Notes: generated by a model from the letters alone, not told the origin. 64,000 nt of DNA from Thermoproteota archaeon (GCA_038861395.1 JAWCDE010000005.1:5022-69021), one strand, 5' to 3'; positions 49,234-59,221 are shown, numbered from the stretch's first letter. Numbers and translations: made by a program.

Positions 49234-49280
49234 GGAGCAAGCAAATTTTAAAAAGGGGTTGTAAAAACCGCAGTTTTAAA

Positions 49281-49487
49281 ATGAGTAATGAGATTGTTCC
49301 TATGGCTAAGAGAAGAAGAGGAATTGTCCCCTTCTTGAGAAAGGCAAGAGGCTTCTCTATAGGTGAATTAAAAGAAGCAGGTTTAAACATAGATAAAGCT
49401 AGGAGGCTCGGTATTCCTATAGATCTTAGGAGGAAGTCTAATCACGAAGAAAACGTTAATAGGCTTAAGGAATTTCTTAAATCATAA
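49281..49487 (+). CDS. rpl13e: Ribosomal protein eL13 (L13e)
   Basis: [16 protein letters not shown]...[20 protein letters not shown]. Confidence 0.9.
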   Translation: MSNEIVPMAKRRRGIVPFLRKARGFSIGELKEAGLNIDKARRLGIPIDLRRKSNHEENVNRLKEFLKS

Positions 49488-50075
49488 ATTTGGTTTTACG
49501 GATAAGAACTTAGAGTCTTTAACATAGAACCTTAGTGGAATATCGAGGTCTCTAGTAACGCCTATTCTAAAACTCCTAGAAATGTTCTTCTCTTCCCGTC
49601 CCTCCCTTATAGTAATTTCTGAATTCTTCAAATAAACAGGCTTCTTATGCAGCTTTTTATCTATACGCATGGCTTCAGTAAGTCTCCCCGGTCCGTTTGT
49701 TAATTTGAGCAGATCATCGGTTTTCCTGAACCTCTTCATCATTTCCACTCCCTTAATTGGTTCTAGGGCTCTGATCAAAACGCCTCCGCTTTCACATGGC
49801 TCATGGGCTACAACGTTGAAAAGCCATTTTCCATGAATGCCATATATTAGAGCCCTACCCACATCACCGTATAGCATCATAGCTATATCGCCCTTGCTCC
49901 TATATGCTCTTGAAGCCGGATCTATTTTTCCATAATAAGCTTCTGTTTCAACAATAACTCCCGCGAGGGTTACTTCTCTTAAAACCCTGCATAAAACTTT
50001 GCCCAAAAGACTTTTCGCTACCAGCGCAGGATCCTTCGCATAAAAGTCCTGTGCCAGTATTCTTCCTATTCTCAT
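49482..50075 (-). CDS. mpg: DNA-3-methyladenine glycosylase (MPG/AAG family)
   Basis: [39 protein letters not shown]. Confidence 0.93.
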   Translation of the reverse strand: MRIGRILAQDFYAKDPALVAKSLLGKVLCRVLREVTLAGVIVETEAYYGKIDPASRAYRSKGDIAMMLYGDVGRALIYGIHGKWLFNVVAHEPCESGGVLIRALEPIKGVEMMKRFRKTDDLLKLTNGPGRLTEAMRIDKKLHKKPVYLKNSEITIREGREEKNISRSFRIGVTRDLDIPLRFYVKDSKFLSVKPNL

Positions 50076-50087
50076 AATTCACAGTTA

Positions 50088-50900
50088 TTAGCGGTTATAC
50101 AGCTTTTTCTCTAAAGGTTTACGTTTGCTGAAGACAGTTATATGGTCATAGCCTATTGTCTGTATGTATTCCATCAAAACATTGTAGGCATAATCTATTT
50201 CTCCTATGGAATGCGCGTCAGTACCTATTGTAATCGGTATACCCAATTCGAAAGCCTTCTTCAATATTCTGGGAGAAGGATATATAGAGTTTATGGGTTG
50301 TCTTAATCCTCTTGAAGAAACCTCTAGACACAACCTTTTCCCTCTGATAAGCTCTAAAGCCTTCTGCTCATCTTCAAAACCATCAGTAGGGTTAAATCCC
50401 CATATCTTAACAAGGTCTATGTGTCCAACGATATCGAAGAAACCGGTTTCCACAGCAGCTCTCACTAAATCCAAGTATTTAGAGTAAAGACTATCAAAAC
50501 CATCTTCTTTAACCATCTTTTCCACTAGAACCCTCTGCCTCGAAGAATCTATGCAGACACCGTCGACGAAATGAACGCTTCCTATCACAAGATCAAAATC
50601 ATAGCTTTTCAGTATTCTTTCAACTTTTTCCTCGTTTCCAGGTATGTAATCAACCTCAACACCGAGCCTAATGGTTACTCTATCTCCATATTTCCAAGAA
50701 GCAGTCTTAACTTCTTTCACATAGTCTTCGATCTTAAGCGTGTTTAATGAATGGTTCTCTGTCGAGCCGTCTGGGAAAATAGTTAAGTGGTCAGTGAAAG
50801 CAATCTCTTCAAAACCTCTTTGAATAGCAGTCTTGCAATAATCCGTTATGCTGGAACTCCCGTCGCTGAACACCGTATGAATATGATAGTTTATTTTCAC
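50088..50900 (-). CDS. PHP-family histidinol-phosphatase (HisJ-like)
   Basis: YHIHT.FSDG, FTDH, GVEVDY, IGSVH, GHID, GTDAH. Confidence 0.85.
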   Translation of the reverse strand: MKINYHIHTVFSDGSSSITDYCKTAIQRGFEEIAFTDHLTIFPDGSTENHSLNTLKIEDYVKEVKTASWKYGDRVTIRLGVEVDYIPGNEEKVERILKSYDFDLVIGSVHFVDGVCIDSSRQRVLVEKMVKEDGFDSLYSKYLDLVRAAVETGFFDIVGHIDLVKIWGFNPTDGFEDEQKALELIRGKRLCLEVSSRGLRQPINSIYPSPRILKKAFELGIPITIGTDAHSIGEIDYAYNVLMEYIQTIGYDHITVFSKRKPLEKKLYNR

Positions 50901-50936
50901 GGGACTGAGACTAAGGAAAAACTTTTTTAAACTTTC

Positions 50937-51309
50937 CTATTCATCGCCGAAACAGGTTAAGACCGGTCTTCTGTCCTAGGCCCATCCAGTTCCACGAGCA
51001 TGAGTTGCTACCAGGTGTTTACCCTTATTTCCAATTTTTAATAGAAATAGTTATGCTCAGGCCAATTATTGAATGCTCTAACATGCGAAATGCCTATTTC
51101 CATCATACTGCATTTTCCCATGTTTGTGATAAATTATTATAAGCTATTCTCTCCAGTGTACTAAGCAGGTCTTTCAACAAGCCCAGCTCATATTCGATCC
51201 TTGTTACTGCACTAGTAGATCTTAACTGCCTTCTCAATGTTCTCTTTGATGTCGATAATCCAACTCCCTAGTCTTGACACTAAGCTCTTCAACATTCAAT
51301 GCTGATCAC
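50937..51309 (-). pseudogene. yjbQ: Decayed YjbQ (UPF0047) gene, absent from the ORF track
   Basis: Colinear fragments in shifting frames: EELSVKT / IIDIKENIEKAVK / STSAVTRIEYELGLLKDLLSTLERIA / SHVRA / IGLSITISIKN / TW*QLMLVELDGPR / RPVLTCFGDE*. Confidence 0.8.
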
Positions 51310-51559
51310 CATTCTTTTTTTAAGTGTCTTCTATAAAGGAATGTTAAACTATGAAATCGCTTTGGCTGAGATTTGTATCGCCTATACCTTTGGGAAACGA
51401 ATTCCATGATTTAAAAGAAATAAATAGATGTTTTGATAGATTTCTGTAAGTACGTCTTATTACAAACATTTTTATTATTCTCGCTTAACAGTTCGTTTGT
51501 AAACTAGATTATGAAACAATTTTCTTAAATAATAAAATCTTCCCTAACTCGGGGAGGGG

Positions 51560-51928
51560 GTGGGGGGAATGAGGCCCTCAGAGATTAGAAGTTTGAAGGA
51601 AACGTTTCTGAGGGCCCTGGTTTTTTCAGTGTTGTTGGCTATTTTAACCAATTTTCTTTCTCTTTTCTGGGTGATTGGTGGTGAAGCATGGTTTGAAGCT
51701 TCTTATCTTTACTACCCCCCGCCTCCTTGCAACTCTGATGGTGAAGCGAGTAAAATCCAGACCAATACTTCTATTTCTAAAATGGAAGCGTCATTTTACG
51801 CTCCTGTTCAACAAGCAAACGATAAATTGGAAGCGCCAACGGGTTCCACGTATATTGAAAACGTTTTTCAATATATTGCTCGAGGCATAAGAGAATTATT
51901 TCAATTGATTACAAACATTCTTTCTTAA
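51560..51928 (+). CDS. Hypothetical protein with N-terminal TM
   Basis: One hydrophobic helix, Pro-rich linker; may be a fragment. Confidence 0.4.
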   Translation: MGGMRPSEIRSLKETFLRALVFSVLLAILTNFLSLFWVIGGEAWFEASYLYYPPPPCNSDGEASKIQTNTSISKMEASFYAPVQQANDKLEAPTGSTYIENVFQYIARGIRELFQLITNILS

Positions 51929-52201
51929 CCTCCTTATAGCGTTTACAGTAAGCACTCAAAATCTTAAAGTATTCTTGAAGATTCTTAACATGTTGCGTCA
52001 GTCAAGCGGTTTCGGATTCTGGCCAAATTTGTTGTAAGCCAGAGTAAAAAATGCTGGGTTAAATGGGGAAAGATGCCCGTTTAAAAACAACATATTCGTT
52101 GAAACAGGCCTTAAAAAGGGTTTAAATGGTAAACAGACACCATTATTTAAGAGGTAGAAAAATAATCTTTAAACTATACTGTTTTTCAATTCTAATAACA
52201 G

Positions 52202-53479
52202 ATGGGGGTAAATAGAAGCTGTGGGATAGTTATACTTGCGGCATCCATGTTTCCACTACTTATTATAATGCTTTCATGGAATATCGCCATACTGAAAAGT
52301 GCCTTTAATCCTTCAAATACTTATTGGAAACATCCGGAAAAAGCAAGTGGTTATATTGTTGACAGATGCAGTGAGAATATTGTTGCATCTCCATCTGCTG
52401 ATGAGGATAACGAAGTATTATTTGCAAGTCTAGACAATGAAACTGATTACTCTATGATTAAGCCTTGCGAAAAGGATTTTAAAGGACCTGTTGGCTATGT
52501 TCTTGTTTTCAATAGTTTTACAGATGAGGTTCAGTACCGCTACACATATCTCGGAATAGTTCCTGAAGGGTCTAATGCAGATTGCAGTCCTTCCCAATCT
52601 AAAAAGTTCGAGGTCGGCATAGGTGATATGGTTCTATTTTTCATAGATTATGAGGGTAGGCCGCTTGAAAATGTTCACGTAGTTTTAGATGAATGGGGGA
52701 TAGAGGGATATACTGACAAGTCGGGAAGCCTAAGGCTGGAGAAGATGCCGAGGATAAGCTACAGAATTACTGCAGAATGGGTAAGTAAGTACGGTAGTAA
52801 AGCTTTTACAAGAGCATTCGTGAAAGGTGACTCCGTTATAACTATGCCAGTCTACGACGTTACCTTACAATTATTAACTTCAAAAAGTAGTCCGGTGGCT
52901 AATGCTAATGTTTGGCTGGGGAACTTGTACGTGGGTGTTACTAACGGAGAGGGGAGGGTCTTGGTTACCCAAGTTCCAGCAGGCAGCTATGGGGTTTCAG
53001 CAAAGTGGCTTGGCTCAGACCTTATTCTGCAGGATGTGAATGTTACAACCGGTGGCGAGCTGGTCCTAACACCCACCAATGTACATAGTTTAACCGTAAT
53101 GGTCAGGGGAGCTATGGGGCAGGCTCTTGAAGGAGCTAGCGTTACTGTCTGGAAGGATGGTGCCGAACTGTTTAGAAGGATTACGGATAAGAGCGGTAAC
53201 GTGGAGATTGAGCTACCAGACGGAGAATATGTTATCGAGGCTTCTTTCGATCAGTTCCAGAAGAGAACTCTAGTAACGCTCACTGTCGATAGCTTCGTAA
53301 GAATAGATCTGGATGTGTTCACGAAGATGCTCGGCGTCTCCATGACTCTTTCACAAACTCTTCTCCTAATAGCGGCAGTGGTAATTATGATTATTCTTTT
53401 AGCAATAATTGTTCACGAATATCATATTTACAGGAGGAAGAAACTGCCTCAGCTTTTTATAGCTAGGAAGACAGCTTAG
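52202..53479 (+). CDS. Cell-surface protein with repeated carboxypeptidase-regulatory-like beta-sandwiches and C-terminal TM anchor
   Basis: Signal/TM; three units of PL.NA.V...G.TD..G...P.G.Y; C-terminal TM followed by YRRKK. Confidence 0.8.
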   Translation: MGVNRSCGIVILAASMFPLLIIMLSWNIAILKSAFNPSNTYWKHPEKASGYIVDRCSENIVASPSADEDNEVLFASLDNETDYSMIKPCEKDFKGPVGYVLVFNSFTDEVQYRYTYLGIVPEGSNADCSPSQSKKFEVGIGDMVLFFIDYEGRPLENVHVVLDEWGIEGYTDKSGSLRLEKMPRISYRITAEWVSKYGSKAFTRAFVKGDSVITMPVYDVTLQLLTSKSSPVANANVWLGNLYVGVTNGEGRVLVTQVPAGSYGVSAKWLGSDLILQDVNVTTGGELVLTPTNVHSLTVMVRGAMGQALEGASVTVWKDGAELFRRITDKSGNVEIELPDGEYVIEASFDQFQKRTLVTLTVDSFVRIDLDVFTKMLGVSMTLSQTLLLIAAVVIMIILLAIIVHEYHIYRRKKLPQLFIARKTA

Positions 53480-53770
53480 GGCAGGCCTCACTCTAACCAA
53501 GGGTTTTTCTCATCTCAATAGCGTGCACTGAATACTTATTGATAATACGTCACTTTATGACGGATGGAAACTCATTACCAATGAGTTCCCACTCCGGCTC
53601 GGAAGCTAGGGAACATCCCTATTAGTATCGTCGAGTTTGACACTGGGCATAATAATATGGATTCCCTTCTTTAGGGATAAAGCTATTAGAGAATACAGAC
53701 AGGAAGTAATAAGCTTCGTAAAAGCTTTGAAGAGCATAGGAAAGATTTTATAAAAAGACTGTGATCCTTA

Positions 53771-53949
53771 ATGGAGAAACCCGATCTATACGTAGTTGCC
53801 CGTTTTCTCGACATCTTATATTCTAATGGAAATCCTATAGGTAAGACTTGTCTCCAAATGCTTGTAAGCCTCAACTATCCGAGGTTCGAGAGTCTTACTA
53901 TAAACTAGTCCGACGGATAAGAGATCTTATGAAAAATATCAAAATATGA
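53771..53949 (+). pseudogene. Internally deleted winged-helix regulator
   Basis: MEKPDLYVVARFLDILYSNGNPIGKTCLQMLVSLNYPRF joins, in another frame, ESYYKLVRRIRDLMKNIKI*; the segment expected in between is missing. Confidence 0.6.
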
Positions 53950-54159
53950 GTATACCGACATGTCCTGTACCAAGTCTGTCGCATGTTTAGAAGGCTTAAA
54001 AACATTTCTAACAGTAAAACAACCTCCTTTTTTATAATACTCCGGATGGTCGTGGGGCATCTTGCAAGCATCTTTTTTCGATATTTTATCGTGTCGAAAA
54101 ATGAATAAAAGTACGTTTTGCGAAAAGCATATATTTAACAATCATTAAAACAATATTAG

Positions 54160-54789
54160 ATGGGTAAGAAAAAAGATATAGTTGACAAGCTCGACTTAGA
54201 AATACTCCATATTCTCTCCCGGAATCCTAGGCTTAGCTGTCGGGAAATAGCTAAGCAGCTTGAAGTATCCGACAGGACGGTGGCCCGAAGGGTATCCAGA
54301 ATGGAGAGGGAGGGCATTATACTAGGATATCAGCTTGTTTTAAACGATTATGCTAAAAGCCTCGTTTTCGACACAAGTGATCTGAGCGAGATACGGTTCA
54401 CAGTGGCAGAGTGGTCTAATTTTGAAGAGGCTCTTCGCCAAATGTATTCCACCGCAGCAGATGTCATATTTTTCTACGCTGGAAAGGGGATTGGCAAGTC
54501 TATAATAAGGAGCATGGGTAAGAGCAAGTTTAGTATAGAAGATGCTTTATCCTTCTCTTCTAAAGTGTGTAATATAAGGGGGTGGGGGAATGTTCGCTTC
54601 GATAAGTTGAAAGACAATTCAATAAAGGCTGATCTTAGAGGTCTGAGAATAAACCCTTCTTTCTTCCGGGGAATAATTGCGGGAATGCTTGAGAACATGA
54701 CTGGAGAAGAGCCTGAATCATTATTGTTCACAGAGGAGGATGGTTCACTCATAATAAGACCCTTGGAGGGTTTGAGCCTTGAAGGATAG
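54160..54789 (+). CDS. Lrp/AsnC-type HTH fused to a V4R-like domain
   Basis: DKLDLEIL..L..NPRLS.REIAKQL.VSDRTVARRV..ME.EGII.GY; C-terminal YAGKGIG, RGWG, FFRGIIAG. Confidence 0.8.
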   Translation: MGKKKDIVDKLDLEILHILSRNPRLSCREIAKQLEVSDRTVARRVSRMEREGIILGYQLVLNDYAKSLVFDTSDLSEIRFTVAEWSNFEEALRQMYSTAADVIFFYAGKGIGKSIIRSMGKSKFSIEDALSFSSKVCNIRGWGNVRFDKLKDNSIKADLRGLRINPSFFRGIIAGMLENMTGEEPESLLFTEEDGSLIIRPLEGLSLEG

Positions 54790-55468
54790 AGTGCCCTTTG
54801 GCATAGCGGAGCTCGACAACCTTATTGAAGGAGGATTGCCCAAGGGGGGGCTTATTGTAATCGCGGGCAGTCCGGGAGCTGGTAAAACGATACTCTCAGC
54901 CCAGTTCATCTACAACGGTGCCATGTTGTATAAGGAGAAGGGTGTTTACGTTTGTTTGAGCGAGAGCAAGGAGAATTTTAAGAGCAACATGCTTGGCTTA
55001 GGATGGGACTTTAATAAGCTCGAGGATAAGGGCATAGTCAGAGTAGTAGAGCTCCCCGCGGTGGCAAAGATAAGGGTTGAGGATATGACCGATCTTATAG
55101 TAGAGGAAGCTAAGAGGTTTAAAGCACAGAGACTCGTAGTCGACTCGCTCTCAGCCCTAAACCTTGCACTAGGCAGTAGGGCTGAAGTAAGGGCAGTGAT
55201 AAACCTGATTGCTAGAATGTTGAAGAACGTGGGATGTACAACGCTAATGATCACGGAGAGTCCATGGGGGACTACGGGAATAGGCATGGGTATTGAAGAA
55301 TTCCTAGCTGACGGCATAATACTCATGGAATCTGTTGTCGTAGGTAATAGGCTTGAGAGAAGGCTGATGATACTTAAGATGAGAACCACGAGTCACGACA
55401 CAAGATACTATAGGCTTAACATAGCTAAGGGAACAGGCATTATGCTGAGCCTCTATCCAGAAATGTAA
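54779..55468 (+). CDS. KaiC-like / RAD55-type ATPase (single domain)
   Basis: GIAELD, GSPGAGKT, VVDSLS, EEFLADGII, ILKMRTTSH. Confidence 0.9.
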   Translation: MKDRVPFGIAELDNLIEGGLPKGGLIVIAGSPGAGKTILSAQFIYNGAMLYKEKGVYVCLSESKENFKSNMLGLGWDFNKLEDKGIVRVVELPAVAKIRVEDMTDLIVEEAKRFKAQRLVVDSLSALNLALGSRAEVRAVINLIARMLKNVGCTTLMITESPWGTTGIGMGIEEFLADGIILMESVVVGNRLERRLMILKMRTTSHDTRYYRLNIAKGTGIMLSLYPEM

Positions 55469-55488
55469 TTCTAAGGAGGTGGGTTTAA

Positions 55489-57114
55489 TTGAGCCATGAG
55501 GGAAAGGAGCTCTGGAACAAGTATTGCAGCTTCCTATATGAGGATTTTCAGAAGCAAGTGGAATACAACCGTAAGAAGATGGGCGAATACTTCAAGATGC
55601 TTAAGAATACGCTGCTCCTAGAAGCCTTAAAAGCTAAGGAAGCTGAAAAAATAAAACAGGTTCCTGTCACAACATACGATGATTACTTTTTCTTAAAAGC
55701 TTTCGGAGAAAGAGTGAGAGAACTTGAGGTAACAACTCCTAAGAAGAAGGGTGAAACCTTAGTCGAGTATTACACGCGTATCGGTAGGATAGCAGCTGAA
55801 CCCATTAGAAACTATCTTCCGGGAGAATTCGAATGCTTTGTTAAAACTAGTGGAACTACAGGTCAGAGCAAATGGATAGTGCATACGGAGCTTCTCCGTA
55901 ATATAGCAGCTGATGTTGCAATGACCGTCCTAGTTATAGCTTGCAGCGAACGTGCGGGAGACACGGCCCTCCGCTTGGGAGAAACTGTGCTGAACATAGT
56001 TGCTCCCGCACCCTATGTCTCAGGTTGGAGCCTCTATTATCTCCAGGAGATTAACAAGTTTAAGATATACCCTCCATTTCGAATTACAGATAGAGTATCA
56101 GACATCAGGCGTAGAATGTTGATGATTATGAAGGAGGTGGATAGAATGAAGGGGAAAATAGCTATACTGGCTGCAGTAGCCTCAATGCTCTACCTGCTTA
56201 TAAAGTATATAACGGATAGGTATTCCTTCTATAAGGATTATGCCGAGTCTTTAAACATAGGGTTAACTAAGCTATACGTGTTTTCGAAGCTTATTCAAAC
56301 AAAGCTGTTTTGGGAGCCCAAGGATATAAGAGAGATTTTACCAGCCAAGGGAATAATATGCACAGGCTACGATTCCAAAATATATGATAAGCTTTTTAGA
56401 CGCAATTTCGGAGTTATACCATTAAATATATATGGAAGCAGTGAGTTTATCATCCCAATGTATGGAACAGTTGAGAACAAGTATCAGCTTGTTTTAGATT
56501 TAAGGACTGGATATTTTGAATTTCTTGACGTTGAGAGTGGAGACATATTAGACATCGATGAGCTTAAGAAGGGGCGAAGCTACAGCTTAATCGGAACACC
56601 TTTTGGAAGCAGTTTAGTCAGATACAGAATCGGCGATATCTTTAAGGTAGAGGATTTCAGAGATGATGGGATGCCATTTTTCTCTTTTGAAGGTAGGGAA
56701 GGCAACCATCTGGATGTTTACGGCTACTTTAGGATTACTGAGAGCCTAGCTATAAGGGTTATGACTAAAACTGACTTAATATCTTCTGATAAATGGTGCT
56801 TCGCTAAACTTCTAGATCCTAGTGAACATATATGCGTGCTTATGGAAAAAGAACTAGAAGTTGATGAAGAAACAGCTTCAGAGAGAATATTTAAAACCCT
56901 TCTTGAGGAGAGTGAAGATTTCAGAAACTTTGTGAAGGATTTCAGAATAAGGAACCCCGAGAACATAATAAAGGTTGAGTATTTGAGAAAAGGTGCATTT
57001 AAAAGATATTCTGATTTGCGTTTTAAGATGGGGACGCCGTTTGGTCAGATTAAGCCTCCCAAAATAATACCTACAGAGAAAATGGAGATTTTCGAAACCC
57101 TAAGGAGGATCTGA
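55489..57114 (+). CDS. Gretchen Hagen 3 (GH3 auxin-responsive) family acyl-adenylate / acyl-amido synthetase
   Basis: VPVTTYDDY and the adenylation motifs KTSGTTGQSK, YGSSE, YRIGD; F.FEGR; terminal GQIKPPK; SD AAGGAGGTGG. Confidence 0.85.
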   Translation: MSHEGKELWNKYCSFLYEDFQKQVEYNRKKMGEYFKMLKNTLLLEALKAKEAEKIKQVPVTTYDDYFFLKAFGERVRELEVTTPKKKGETLVEYYTRIGRIAAEPIRNYLPGEFECFVKTSGTTGQSKWIVHTELLRNIAADVAMTVLVIACSERAGDTALRLGETVLNIVAPAPYVSGWSLYYLQEINKFKIYPPFRITDRVSDIRRRMLMIMKEVDRMKGKIAILAAVASMLYLLIKYITDRYSFYKDYAESLNIGLTKLYVFSKLIQTKLFWEPKDIREILPAKGIICTGYDSKIYDKLFRRNFGVIPLNIYGSSEFIIPMYGTVENKYQLVLDLRTGYFEFLDVESGDILDIDELKKGRSYSLIGTPFGSSLVRYRIGDIFKVEDFRDDGMPFFSFEGREGNHLDVYGYFRITESLAIRVMTKTDLISSDKWCFAKLLDPSEHICVLMEKELEVDEETASERIFKTLLEESEDFRNFVKDFRIRNPENIIKVEYLRKGAFKRYSDLRFKMGTPFGQIKPPKIIPTEKMEIFETLRRI

Positions 57115-57115
57115 T

Positions 57116-59221
57116 TTGAGTATTCTACCGTTTCATCCATGGCTTCTACTATATCCGATAACGGCAATAATCGCATTTGTTATATCCTTAAGAATCATAA
57201 GGAGTGGACCTAAAACACTAAGCTCAAAAAACTTCCTATTCTTTACTCTAACTTTATCCTTATGGGAAATATTTGCATTCCTGCACAGGATTGCTCCTGA
57301 CGAGTATTTATCGAAACTTTTCTTTCATATTGGTTCTCTTTTTCTTGTGTTAAATCCTCTCCTTCTACTTATGAGCATACTCTTCCTCTGGAAGGAGGAT
57401 CCTAGATTCCAATTGTTAATGATTCCATCAATCCCACTTTACATATTGCATCTACTCTTTTCAAACATTAAAGTTATTAAAACAACCGAATACGGCTGGT
57501 CTTATACCTTTGAATTAAATATCTTTTCAATAATAAACTATCTCGCCTATTTCCTTTGCCTAATCCTCATATGTCTTTCAATAGTATTTTTAATTACCCG
57601 CGTTAGAAGCAGCATTATACGTAGAAAGTATATCATAATTCTAGTGTACTTCGTCCTTTTTTATGTGTTTGGAGTCTTCGGGTTAAACATATTATTATCC
57701 GAAAATCCTAACATGCCACCGCCGGGAGGAATAAACATTTTCCTGTTCTTTCTAGGTGTGAGTTATGCTTTTTCCTTGAGGGAGAAAGCCTCTTTAAAAC
57801 TTGGAAACAAGAAAATTAAAGATTTGTTGCTTGAACAGTATGCTTCTTTTATTAAGAAATTCATAGAGGTCGCTCCGGGTAAAGAATTGGGGCAGAGCCT
57901 GATTGAACTTGAAAGATACCTTGCTAGAGTCGGGTTGAAAGACATGCTAGAACATAATTCAGAAGGAACACTGATTTTGAAACCCGATATTTTAGAAAAA
58001 GCTAATTTAGTCACAATTATGGAGGGAACCATAAGTTATCTTGAGGATAAACCATGGGCTTTAGAGCTTGTGCATAGCCTTCTACCGGTCTTAAACACTG
58101 TTTATGCGAATCTTGAAAATAAAAACGAGTTTAGAAGAATAATTATCTACCACGAGGACTTTCTTAAGAAGACGGATATGATTTACGCCCTAGCTGGTGG
58201 AGAATTTCTTTCAGAAATCGGGGAGGACAATTCTCTTAAAAATCTTCCTAATTGGCAAGCTTGTCTGAGGCTATTCCGCAGGCTTGTTTCTATGATTCTC
58301 CAAGATTTCTACAATATTGTTGGAGACGCGATAGAAAGTAAAATCCTGTCTTTCAGCCTTCTAAACCGCTTGAAAATTTCTAGGCTCGGCCAGGTGGAAA
58401 TAGAGGGGGTTGAAGAAGCCATTAAAAATATGCCGCAGAATGAAAGGATTCCTGCCTTACTTGATAACTTTATCCCACTCATAGCTTGGATGATTGAAGA
58501 AATTTATAAAAAAATAGGCGGGGATATAGAAGATCTTATTAAGCGTCTGAGAATTGCGTTAAAGCTCGACATGGACGTAGCTATTAAAACCATGATTTAC
58601 AGTAATCTAGTAGAATCATTATCAGGTAGGATTCCATCCGAATACGTAAGTATGCTAAAACTTGCTGAAGGCTTTACTCTTAAAGACCTGACAAAATTCT
58701 CCTCCAAGATTAATCTTGATCACAACGAACTCATAGGTAAGGGCATACTTCTGGAATTCGAACCTAAAAGCACATATCTGGAATATATTAGGGATTATGT
58801 GGTTGAGGCATTGGCTCACGGTGGGCTGAGCATTGTCCTAACGAGAAAGGGTAGCTCCCTACAAGATAAGCTGCAAGATCTGAGAAGTATTAGATTCATA
58901 CATCCCTCTCTAATGACCCTGCGTACTACATCAATATCCGATTTCGAGACTCATGTCCCTCTTCAGGATGTGGTCCAGATCCTAGAATCCTTAGGGAGAA
59001 GCGTTAAATCCTCGTCATCTCCAGTGTTTATAGTGTTCGACGGTTTAACGGATTTCGTAACGCAACATGGCTTCGAAAAGACTTACAAACTCATCCGGAG
59101 TATGCTTGAATTAGCTCCTTCTAAGGTGTCCCTACTTGTTCCATTAAACATTAAAGCTTGGGGCGAGAACGTTAAATCCGCCTTGGAAGAGCTTCTGAAT
59201 ATAACTATTCATGCAGAGTAA
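57116..59221 (+). CDS. 7TM receptor-like protein (HisKA_7TM-like N-terminus) with a helical middle region and DUF835-like inactive KaiC-type C-terminal domain
   Basis: Seven hydrophobic helices in roughly the first 220 aa with an EYGWSY loop; C-terminus ILLEFEP...IVFDGLTDFV..HGFEKTYKLI, lacking Walker A; no kinase motifs. Confidence 0.7.
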   Translation: MSILPFHPWLLLYPITAIIAFVISLRIIRSGPKTLSSKNFLFFTLTLSLWEIFAFLHRIAPDEYLSKLFFHIGSLFLVLNPLLLLMSILFLWKEDPRFQLLMIPSIPLYILHLLFSNIKVIKTTEYGWSYTFELNIFSIINYLAYFLCLILICLSIVFLITRVRSSIIRRKYIIILVYFVLFYVFGVFGLNILLSENPNMPPPGGINIFLFFLGVSYAFSLREKASLKLGNKKIKDLLLEQYASFIKKFIEVAPGKELGQSLIELERYLARVGLKDMLEHNSEGTLILKPDILEKANLVTIMEGTISYLEDKPWALELVHSLLPVLNTVYANLENKNEFRRIIIYHEDFLKKTDMIYALAGGEFLSEIGEDNSLKNLPNWQACLRLFRRLVSMILQDFYNIVGDAIESKILSFSLLNRLKISRLGQVEIEGVEEAIKNMPQNERIPALLDNFIPLIAWMIEEIYKKIGGDIEDLIKRLRIALKLDMDVAIKTMIYSNLVESLSGRIPSEYVSMLKLAEGFTLKDLTKFSSKINLDHNELIGKGILLEFEPKSTYLEYIRDYVVEALAHGGLSIVLTRKGSSLQDKLQDLRSIRFIHPSLMTLRTTSISDFETHVPLQDVVQILESLGRSVKSSSSPVFIVFDGLTDFVTQHGFEKTYKLIRSMLELAPSKVSLLVPLNIKAWGENVKSALEELLNITIHAE

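Noticed and set aside
49230-49280. N-terminal extension of eL13 from GTG at 49230
   Set aside because: Homology begins after ATG 49281; the extension looks like promoter sequence.
51551-51567. G-rich run as a G-quadruplex
   Set aside because: Only three G tracts; explained by SD/start context.
53580-53752. Possible remnant of a PEF-CTERM-like membrane anchor (NEFP...LLVSSSLTLGIIIWIPFF)
   Set aside because: Interrupted by a stop, no start, similarity too weak to call.
44224-55468. Circadian clock from the two KaiC-like genes
   Set aside because: Both are single-domain ATPases and no KaiA or KaiB is present.
55489-57114. Treating this GH3 as a glycoside hydrolase of the sugar locus
   Set aside because: Name collision only; the motifs are those of adenylate-forming Gretchen Hagen 3 enzymes.
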